A DNA stretch of 63,379 nt, counting the filler, from Neolecta irregularis DAH-3 (lineage: Eukaryota): NCBI GenBank assembly GCA_001929475.1. It is 11 parts of 11 records of this genome, joined end to end, with 100 filler letters (N's around TTAATTAATTAA, not from the genome) between each part and the next. Parts side by side here need not be neighbours in the genome. Positions count along the whole stretch, not along the records: positions 37,952 to 39,509 come from LXFE01000565.1; positions 39,610 to 44,396 come from LXFE01000567.1; positions 44,497 to 54,964 come from LXFE01000568.1; 8 more parts are not named here. One strand, given 5' to 3'. Under the pieces are notes generated by a model that had not been told where the DNA came from, did no database searches, and worked only from the letters and a program-made list of their open reading frames with translations. Of the stretch, positions 38,921-48,562 are shown in pieces. The stretch's first letter is position 1; each line of letters begins with the position of its first letter. Made by a program: the position numbers and the translations under genes.

Positions 38921-39609
38921 TGTTGTTGGATAGATTGTAAGTACAATGCAGGCTTAAAATCTGAATTTACCTGTGGAGTGCACCAAATGTGCCATTAAAC
39001 TTTGAATTTAACAGTAACACTATGAGGTAGAAAACCAGAGTGATACCAAGGTTAAGGAAATAAATGCAGTCTTGAAGAAAAAGCATTACAAGAGCTGGAT
39101 TATAGTTTGGTAAAGTGGAAAAAGAATGCTAGTCATGGAGAAAAAGCATTACAAGAGCTGGATTATAGTGTGGTAGATTGGGAAGTAGGATATTTGTATA
39201 TAAAGATGGAAGTTCCAAAGGAATTGTCTATTTTGTATGAAGGTGAGGTTTGTGAGTATGAGAGGTATAAGGATTTTGTAATGAAGGAAGTTGTAGAGAA
39301 TGAAGAGAAGAGCTGGCACCAATTCACACAGGTTGAATTGATGGATTACTCATGGAGATATCAAGGAAATGAGGTTATAATGGTAATTGCAGTGAAGAGT
39401 AGGGGTTGCAGTGAATAATTGCATTGAAGAGTAGGGGAAATTGTGGAAATGTTTCAGATAAAGGTGATGGTCAGGTGCAGATTAATGAGGTGGATCCAAT
39501 GAGAGTGGTNNNNNNNNNNNNNNNNNNNNNNNNNNNNNNNNNNNNNNNNNNNNTTAATTAATTAANNNNNNNNNNNNNNNNNNNNNNNNNNNNNNNNNNN
39601 NNNNNNNNN

Positions 39610-39720
39610 AGTATCTGATATTTCAAGTTGACTCTGGCAAAGGAGTATCTGATATTTCAAGTTGACTCTGGCAAAAGAGTATCTGATATTTCAAGTTGGC
39701 TCTGGCAAGGAAGTATCTGA
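39610..39720. repeat. 34-bp tandem repeat, about 3.3 copies
   Basis: agtatctgatatttcaagttgactctggcaaagg repeated with no spacers. Confidence 0.9.
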
Positions 39721-39851
39721 GGATTATTTTTATGATACGTCGTCAATAAATACCCCTAATTAGCCTAATCATTCAAACTCCGCCGCCAAATCAGTAAATG
39801 GTGTAAAATGTCGCCCCCTCTTTTCCTCATCACCATCTCATATCATCAGAA

Positions 39852-40621
39852 ATGGGCCGACCAGGAACTACTCTATACGTCACGGGGTTCGGTCCTGGCA
39901 CACGCGCCAAGGACCTAGCATACGAATTTGAAAGGTTGAAGGTTATTCCAAAGCTCCGGGCTTATGGGGTAGATATGGAAGACTTGTGCGATGCGATATT
40001 CCGGCTCCCCGAACACCGAGCGCAAGACCGTACGTACCTCTTTCCTTCTCTTCCTTCGTCCTTGCACTTCTTCGAATCGAGTCGGACGGACGATCGGTCG
40101 GTCGATAATTATCCCTCCATCCCCTTTTCGACGGTAGCTTACCCCACCAAGATTCGCCTTTGTAGAGTACGAAGATCGAAGAGATGCGGAAGATGCATAC
40201 CATCAAATGCACAACCGAAGGATCGACAGCGATATAATAGGCGTGGAAGTATGTCGGCCCCCTCTTTTCAGTTCTCACTTGTTGGCAGTGGGCGCGAAAC
40301 ACCCCTTCAGCATCTTGGAGATTCGACGGAGATCCAGGGGCCAATGCCCCGCCTCCACGAAGAGAATACTCTTCTCGTCCGTCTTATCGCAATGATGACG
40401 ACAGGGGCGAACGCGAATACCGACGAGCGGGCCGAAAATTCGATAGAGAGAGTCAACTATCTAAAGAACGACCAAGAAGCTATTCGCCGCCTGCCCGACG
40501 ATCTCCTTCCCCTCGACCGTATCGAGCAGAAGACAACGGTAACCATGCAGTTGCGACGGACACTTACCCACCGCTAGGGGACAAAAGGTATGATGACGAG
40601 GACAAGGTCCGAGATGAATAG
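39852..40621 (+). CDS. srp1: SR-family splicing factor, single RRM (S. pombe Srp1-like; 4 exons)
   Basis: [57 protein letters not shown]..VEWAR followed by an R/S/D/P-rich tail. Confidence 0.9.
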
Positions 40622-41094
40622 GAATTTCCATTATTTCTTTTCTCTACTGCCTTTGAGAATTTCCCGTCTGGTTGGATTCTTGTCTTTGTGATTGAATTCT
40701 TTGTCGCTAGAATTCTTTCACTCTGGTTGAATGCTTTCTGTGACTGGAATTCAAGGGGCTCATTTCCTCATCCAATCAAAACCCGGAATTAGTCTTGTTC
40801 TGTATACACTTGAGATCGATCGATCGATTTCTTGAAACTTTTTTTTTTGTTTGTGTTCTTTCAGACGAAGCATCAATATAAAGAATCTTTTTGACATGTT
40901 GCAATGGATAGTCGTATTGTCTGTATTCGATATGCATTCGATACTGATACATCTATTTATCTATCGATACATGTATTAATACAGGGTATAGTCGTATATA
41001 TCCACTCGAATATAGAGTATGTATTACAAACCACGATTATCAACAATCTATATCACGCCCAACGTTTTACAAGCAAAAGACTCGAGAAGGGAAA

Positions 41095-41757
41095 TCAAGG
41101 TGAGGGGTATGGGTCTAGAATCTCTGTGATCTTGCAGGCCTCCTCCTTGAGCTCTGCGTCGGTGCCGGCGGCGGCTTCGAACGCAAACATTTCGGCGAAG
41201 CCCAGGACGAGGTCTGCGTAGACGCGCTGCAGATCGTCGAAGTCGGGCAGCACGCGGAAATCGAGGCGGCGGAGCAGCTCTATTTCGAGATGGTTCATTT
41301 CGCGGATGGACACGCCGCCGACCTTTGCATAGTGGCGGTTTGTGGAGAAGATGTCGCAGAGGCCCTGGGGGGGGAGTTAGGGCGGGGGGCGGGGAGCAGG
41401 AGGCAACCTTGCTGGCGACGGTGGTCGCGGCGATGAGGAAGCGGTGGACGGTCAGGTCTGTGACCTCGAAGTCGCTCCAGGCGAGGCGCAGGCGCTGGAC
41501 GTAGACGACGGTGCACAGCAGCGGCGAGATCTCGGTCTCGGCATAGCGCACGATGCGGCCGAGGTAGTCGCCGATGCTGATGGAGGGCGCGGCCTGCGCG
41601 CGGAAGCGGGTGAGGGCGCCGCTGGGCGAGGCCCGCACCAGGCGTTCGAGGTAGTGCGCTGGCTGCGTCAGTGTGCGCGTCGCAGCTGCGCAGTACTTAT
41701 GAGCGCGACGAGGTGCGGCAGCGGGCACGCCGGGAAGGCGCGCGGGAGCGGGATCAT
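41095..41757 (-). CDS. PHO80: Pho80/PREG-family cyclin (3 exons)
   Basis: [85 protein letters not shown]. Confidence 0.88.
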
Positions 41758-41900
41758 TCGCAGGGGCGGTGGAGGCGGGTGGGCGCATGTGTGTTTGGCA
41801 GTCTATATAGATACATCGCCCACTATTTGGCGGTCTATACAGATACTGTGTGGCTATCTATATAGATACATCTGCCCGGCCGCCGCCTCCGCCGCGCCGG

Positions 41901-43317
41901 CTAGTAGCACAGCCCCTGCAGGTAGGCCAGGTTCGCCAGACACGCCCCGGGCTGCGCATAGACCGCCTCCGCCTGCAGCACAGCGGCAAAGTACTCCAGC
42001 CCCGCCTGCAGCTGCGTGAGCGTCGCCCGCAGAACCGCCTGCTCCTCCGCAATGCACGCGTCGTATTCAGAGATCCACTCGTTCGTCAAGGCCGTCAGCT
42101 CCTCGACCCAGTCCGTATGCACGGTCACGAACGCGGGTGTCGCCCATCGGCCTGCTCTATCAGTCCATACTCCAGAAACAAGACCCACTGCAGAACTCGC
42201 CGTAAAATGTCTGGAAGGCGTCGTAGAACGCAGGCAACCTGGGAGGTGCGCTCGGAAAGTAGCAGGACTCACATGGCATAGTCAAAATCTCTTGCGGTGG
42301 GAAACAGCCATTTTCACATGGACTAATCGTTACGGGTACTGCCAATTTCTTTTGTTGCAAGTCGCTGGTGAGATGCACTTGGGCTGGTGTGGGTGGGGCG
42401 ACGCTACTCGTGGTTCTAGCTCCGCTCGTCTGTAGGGGAGGCTTGGCATTTTGAGTCGAGGTTGCAGCTTGAGAAACGGGCTTGGCACCAGTCAAGGATG
42501 CAGCTGGAGAAGCGGACTTGACATTATTCGAGGATGCAGCTAGAGGAGCGGGCTTGGCACCAGTCGAGGATGGAGCTGGAGAAGCGGGCTTGACAGTAGT
42601 CAAGGATGTAGCTTGAGGAACGGACTTGACACCAATCGGGGATGCAGCTGGAGGAGCGGACTTGACACCAACCGGGGATGCAGCTGGAGGAGCGGACTTG
42701 ACACCAATCGGGGATGCAGCTGAAGAAGCGGGCTTGACAGTAGTCGGAGGAACAGACTCGAGACCAATCCGTGATGCAGCTGGAGCAGCGGACTTGACAT
42801 TTCCAACCTGGCCCGTAGCAACAGGAGTGCCTTTGATGGTATTAGCTTCACTTTGGCCCTTAGGTATGACTGGCTTTGGTGATGTCACAACTTTGCTTCC
42901 CTTACCAACCTCGCTTGCACTGGCGGTTGGGCATTCGGTAGTGCCGCCTGGCTTGCACCCTCCGGCTACACCGTTGGTACTGCCTTGACTGACAATGACG
43001 TCGTTATTGTCCAATTCACCGCCTCCAAAACTGTCACCGAATTCATCGCCTTCCTCGCCGATTATACCCATATTGGTCTTTTGACTGATAAAGCCGCTGC
43101 CTGTAATAACCGCATTATTTTCAACAGACTTGATGTCTTGAGCAACATCCTCGCAGAGAGACAAACCTCCGGTTGGGCTTTCGAACAAGTGGACGCACTG
43201 CAATCATTTGGGACCGACGTCGGAGCACCAAGGACTAGAATGTTGAATTCAAAGAAAAAAAGTCGACATACTGGTGGAACCGAAAAGTAACCCAAATAAC
43301 GGTAGTGAATATCGCAT
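41901..43317 (-). CDS. Orphan secreted protein with a Pro/Ala/Ser/Lys repeat stalk and Cys-rich ends (4 exons)
   Basis: Signal-like MRYSLPLFGLLFGSTILGAP. Three GT-AG introns link ORFs 43062-43328, 42160-43203 and 41901-42272. 12-aa repeats VKSAPPAASPIG. Confidence 0.75.
42455..42800 (-). repeat. Coding minisatellite, ~36-bp unit
   Basis: gatgcagctggaggagcggacttgacaccaatcggg and about eight diverged units. Confidence 0.9.
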
Positions 43318-44559
43318 GATGGAAACACAGAGAGTGCGAGACAAATGAGAGGATATCCTCTATCTTTTATAGACTTTGTGACTTTGGGAGAATACCGCTG
43401 TAACGGTACTATTTTCTGTTCTATATTTACTACTCAGCGTCTGGATTTCGGGTTGTAGTAATTCCTTCCAATCAAAAACGATTTCCATTTTTATCACGTC
43501 AAGTTGAACGTTCTAGAAGAATAAAAAAGAATGTTCTTTTTGCGAAAAAAAGCGGGCCATAATGGCCGAATTTAATGTGATGATAGTTGGAACCCTGACT
43601 AATCAAATCAAGTTGCCTTATTACAAGGCAAGAATATTTCAACATAGTATTGGTGTCAAGTAGGGCAAGTTTCTGCACCTGGATCGTGATGGCAAAATAA
43701 GAAGACTGGCAGGCAGAAGACATTACCCACATGACAGGTATCAACTGTTAAAACACCCTGACAGTCATATACAATAAAAAATGGAACACGAAATGCCAAT
43801 GCGAATGATTCATTTTGGAAAGATATTTATATAGATCTTTGTGACGCCGTATTATATCGCCATTGGTTAATTATCCCCCTGTTACCGCACTTGTCTAGAC
43901 TTATCAAGTGAATGCGGCTTGTCATTTCATGAATGGTCTTGCCTGAGAAGCGCCATGTCCATTCGAATATTCCTGCAGAGAATAGTCTGGGAATTATACC
44001 ATAAACGTCAAAGCCAGCACTTTTGTCCGTTTCAACCTGGCTTTGGACAATAGGAATAGCAGCAGTCCAAATTGATATATACGGATAACGAATGAAGACT
44101 TGGCCATCCTCCAATAAAATCGGGAATCACAAGCGCGATAAGTGTTCATAAAAGAACGAGCTAAACAGTCACAGAATGTGAATCGACATTAATTGATTCC
44201 CCTCTGTTTTAGGGTTGATCTATAAATACAAATGGCTTCTACATGCAATGATCAGTACGGCACTTCTAGTCCTTTGTCACGAACTAACCGGGGTTAAATA
44301 TTAGTCAATGACGAGCCTAGAAAATACACTAAGTTCAGAGAAATGGACGTCTCTGAGAGACATGGTAATTGGGTGTGAAAATACTTGCAGGGTGAANNNN
44401 NNNNNNNNNNNNNNNNNNNNNNNNNNNNNNNNNNNNNNNNTTAATTAATTAANNNNNNNNNNNNNNNNNNNNNNNNNNNNNNNNNNNNNNNNNNNNCGTA
44501 TAATAATAGAAAAGCCCATCAGATAACCAGAAAATACTACGTGTACCGTTTTTCTACGA

Positions 44560-44657
44560 CATGTCCAACCGTCTGCCCGCCGGAGGGTTGGGCGGACAGA
44601 TTTCTAAGCCGCCCGCCGGAGGGTCTCAGACGGTTGCGAGCGGGTGGGTGGACATAT
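44560..44657. mobile_element. Short MITE-like inverted-repeat element, related to 62515-62635
   Basis: ATGTCCAACC...GGTGGACAT ends. The internal motif gccgga(g/a)ggtctc..cgg..gcggg.gg.tggaca is shared with 62580-62630. Confidence 0.5.
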
Positions 44658-44738
44658 TGGTTATAGACTGGTTCTAATTTGTCTATTGGTTCGATTGGCC
44701 ATCTCAGTGAAGCAAGCCTGGATGGAATGCTTACTGTG

Positions 44739-45220
44739 TGTAACATGCAGGACACAGTTGTAGAGCTTTGCAGAGGTAGAGGACTTCAATAAATTCAAGA
44801 AAAACAATTGTGATATTCCATTGCTGGTGGATGAATAGAGCATTATTGTGGGCACTACCAAGTCCCACCGCCCCCACACAACGGCACAAGCAGAGTCAGA
44901 CATGGAGGACGCCACAAGCTGTGGCGCCATCCCAGTCCAAGACTTTGGATCCCCTTGTGGGTAGTGTTCCACAGGGACCAGTCAGATGACCGGACAGTGG
45001 CGCGCAAGGATGGGTATTTAGGTAGCGCCCAGCGCGATTAGGGCCTAGGCTTAACACTGTATATTAATACGAACGGTTATTACTACTAACGACCCTCGGC
45101 GACTATATACGACTTTAAGGCTCAGCGGAGTACAGACCAGACCGGTCAAGTACTCACAATTATTCACCAGTACTACAAGCAAGCATCTACATGTGTACTT
45201 ACAGGAAACAGAAATTACAT
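44739..45220 (+). mobile_element. LTR-like family B copy split by a family C solo LTR
   Basis: The family B motif gaatagagc-attat-tcaccagt is interrupted at ATTAT. Confidence 0.8.
44847..45158 (+). mobile_element. Solo LTR family C (312 bp)
   Basis: TGTGGGCAC...GTACTCACA termini and a perfect 5-bp TSD ATTAT (44842-44846 and 45159-45163). Confidence 0.9.
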
Positions 45221-45305
45221 GGATCATTTGGATATTTTGAGGCACATCCTTTCACATCCTTTCATGAGAACCATGGATAATTCTGTCATTTGTGGCAAAA
45301 GGGCT

Positions 45306-45546
45306 TGTAACGCGAAGGCTGCAATTGTAGAGCTTTTCAGACTTAGATGACTTGTATAAACCGAGAAAGAACGATGGTTAGATTCCTTTGCTGGATGAAT
45401 AGAACATTATTCACTGGTCCTACAATAAGCAGCTACAGGTCCGTTTATAGGAAACAGAATAGCCGCATCGGTTATAGAAACCTAGACTTCGACCAAAATA
45501 AAAGCCAAAGAAGAGACTCCTATAAAATATCCTACAAAAGATTACA
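45306..45546 (+). mobile_element. LTR-like family B copy, probably full length
   Basis: TGTAA...TTACA termini and high similarity to 21357-21640. No TSD visible. Confidence 0.7.
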
Positions 45547-46304
45547 AGATCATTTTCGTACCACAGGCTGAACTATCAAAATGATGGTACCCACTCCCAA
45601 CTTCTTGGCTTGCAATTGGCTCTCCTTTGTAACTTTATCATTATGAAAGATGAGGTCCTGAGGATAGACTAAGTCAATGAGATATTTTGTACAAGAAACC
45701 AGATAAGCGCCTGATTGTATATTGACAAATGTTGCTTTATTTGCAATGCTTGATCATCATTACTAGTTTGTGATAAATGCCTTCTTGCAACCTTCCGACC
45801 TGGTTCTTTCACACCCTATTTCTTTACTTGAATTATCCTTGTTATTTTCCAAAAATCACCCGGGAGAAGCGTCTGGATGCCATTTCACTCTGGATCATGG
45901 CGCTTTCGTCAATCCGTCGTGTGATCTGCGATGGAAATTTCCCACTGGTGCAAAACCTCCACTATCTTCCGTTGAGCCGAAGAACAAAGAACAATGGCGC
46001 TTCACCAAGCCTTGCCTAGACCGAGCGATCTTCGTTTTATCCTTTTTAGCCGGTATCAGGCCTCCTGCTATTGCTAAGATCCCGGATCAATAATATCCCC
46101 GACAATGACGGTTGGAAGCATTTCAAACAAAAGGAAACGCTATTAGTCGGTCCGACAACATCGAGCTGGCTGCTGTCCGTCTAGCATGAAACCCAGTCTC
46201 AGCCGCTAGTCTCAGCCTCAGGTCTCAATTTAAAAAACAACTGACCGGCTTTTTACTTATTTGAAGACTGCTCGCCCCGAAAAAACACTTGTGTTATCGT
46301 TAAA

Positions 46305-47604
46305 ATGTCTGCGGCGAATCACTGTCCTTTAAATCCTTCCGCCTCTCCAATTTCGACCTCTGGAGATTACTCCAGGACGCCGGATTATACATATTGTGAT
46401 CGCAAGGCCGAACCTTTATGGCCTCGAATTCGAAGGTCTCTCAGAGAGCCGTTTGCTGAGTTTTTGGGTTGTATGATTGTATGTTTTTTTTTGTTCAACT
46501 TTGTTGTTTAATACGTATAGTTGATCATCTTTGGGACTGGTTCAGTCGCCCAGGTCGTCCTTTCAAAAGAAACCAAAGGCTCTTACCAGTCAATTTCCTG
46601 GGGTTGGGGAATTGGCGTCATGTTTGGAGTGTATGTATCTCCTTATTATGGTTACAGCTGACCCTTTTAAAGATATATTGCTGGTGGAATCAGTGGAGCA
46701 CATTTGAACCCGGCAGTAACACTCGCAAATTGTGTTTTCCGAAAATTTCCGTATAAAAAGTTACCAAGCTACATCGCTGCTCAGGTCCTTGGTTGTTATG
46801 TCGGTGCCGCCATTATATATGGCAACTATCGATCAGCAATTGATCAGTTTGAAGGATATGGAATTCGAAGTGTTCCTCCTAGAGAGACTGCCACCGCTGG
46901 CGTATTCTGTACCTATCCGGCTCCATTCCTCACTCGAACCGGCCAGTTTTTCTCCGAGGTTATCGCAAGTGCCGTTTTGATGATGTGTATTTTTGCCATT
47001 GGAGACCAACATAATAATCCCGCCGGAGGCAATGGCCCGTTGATACTATTTTTCCTTATTTTTGGAATTGGTGCCTGCCTTGGATGGGAAACTGGCTATG
47101 CGATCAATCTTGCTCGGGACTTCGGGCCTCGATTGTTTACTTTTACGGCTGGATACGGTACTGAAGTCTGGTCTTCTGGAAATTATTACTTTTGGGTATG
47201 TTCATAATTTTGGTTCTTGGTCTAATTGTGAGATTCCGATGGTCGCTCCTTTCTTCGGATGCCTTCTCGGTGGCGGTGTCTATGATTTCCTCATTTTCAC
47301 CGGCGATTCACCAGTCAATAAACGCATCTCAGTATCTGCAGATACAGAATCTCGACCTGGCTCCAGCGATATAACTCTGTCCAAGTGTAGTGCTGCGATT
47401 ACAGACAAGAATCTCTCCAAATGTAATACTGCGATTACTGACAAAAATCTTTCTAAATGCAATGCTGCTATTACTGACAAGAATCTCTCCAAATGCAACG
47501 CTGCTATTACTGACAAGAATCTCTCTAAATGCAACGCTGCTGTTACTGACAAGAATCTCTCCAAATGCAACGCTGCGATCACAGACAAGAATCTCCAAAT
47601 GTAA
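46305..47604 (+). CDS. Aquaglyceroporin (MIP family; 4 exons)
   Basis: REPFAEFLG, ISGAHLNPAVT, TAGVFCTYP, GWETGYAINLARDFGPRL (NPA and NLA motifs), YYFWIPMVAPFFG. Confidence 0.96.
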
Positions 47605-47615
47605 TGCGGCTATCG
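47377..47615 (+). repeat. Coding tandem repeat, 36 bp (LSKCNAAITDKN), six units plus a partial seventh
   Basis: Six in-frame units. The seventh has a 2-bp deletion that creates the stop codon. Confidence 0.95.
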
Positions 47616-48562
47616 CCTGGAATTACTATTATTGAGTTGTTTCATGTTTCATTGTTGGGTAGTCATCTGATCTAGGTTAAAGTTTTGTCTTACACTCTTT
47701 TGGAAGAATCAACGACAGGTCGTTTCTCATCACATTTCTAACAGTGTACACGGCTCAGACAGTTCTTTCGGCCTCACGCATTGCTCTAAAGAAATCTCTT
47801 GTTTTGCTATATGCTTCATTAACACCACTACAAATCAGAAGTTTTGTATCTGAGAATGAATGGAGATTTGTTCTGTATCTATAAATGAGAATGTTTTTTA
47901 TACATTTAATACTAAATCCACTATTACTAACAAGACATAAGCGTCCACTTATCACTGTATTTGGCGGTGGTTTGATACACGCTGCGGAGCCAGTGAAATT
48001 TACATAGGTGCAATCCCGAATTCACTAAATAACCAAAATTGCTAATATAAAATGATTTCAATCTGGCCATATCTTTAGTTAGTGCAAGTATGTTGCACAT
48101 GCAAAGTTCACGACGAATCATTGCGATCACATGATCTGCGACAAATCTTGCGAGCAGAATTTAGAGCAAAAGTATACAACCAACCAACGGATTCAAAACG
48201 ACCACTATCGGGTTCAGAATTCAAAGGCGAAACTAAAGATCTGTCAACAAATGTGGGTGACTCAGATCTCTTGGGGGAAGGAGGCAGCTTAGAAATCTGT
48301 CCAACAGCCCGTCTGCCTCACCCTCTCCGGCGGGCGGTTGGACACACTGGCGATAGAGCATTATCCCCCTCCCCACACACACACTACAAAGAGCAGCTAC
48401 AGTGCTAGTTATTGAAAACCAATACAGCCCCATCACCCCTAACAGTTAGACAAGATCAAAGAAAAGAATTGAAAAGAGATTCCTTAGATATCCTTCATAA
48501 AATTAAGTTGTATTATTTCTGTGCCACAGGCTGTAGAGTTTTTGGTGCCCATATGCTAATCA

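Noticed and set aside
43827-44114. Short ORFs as possible gene or element relics (also 4565-5014, 15712-16140, 39107-39418, 55390-55780, 61920-62480)
   Set aside because: No motif I can name, and they are interrupted by stops. A homology search is needed.
47280-47588. Antisense ORF (LHLERFLSVIAA)n as a second gene
   Set aside because: It is a shadow frame that shares wobble positions with the sense repeat, with no independent support.
47377-47615. 36-bp repeats as a CRISPR array (also 39610-39720 and 42455-42800)
   Set aside because: The units abut with no unique spacers, there are no cas genes, and the context is eukaryotic.
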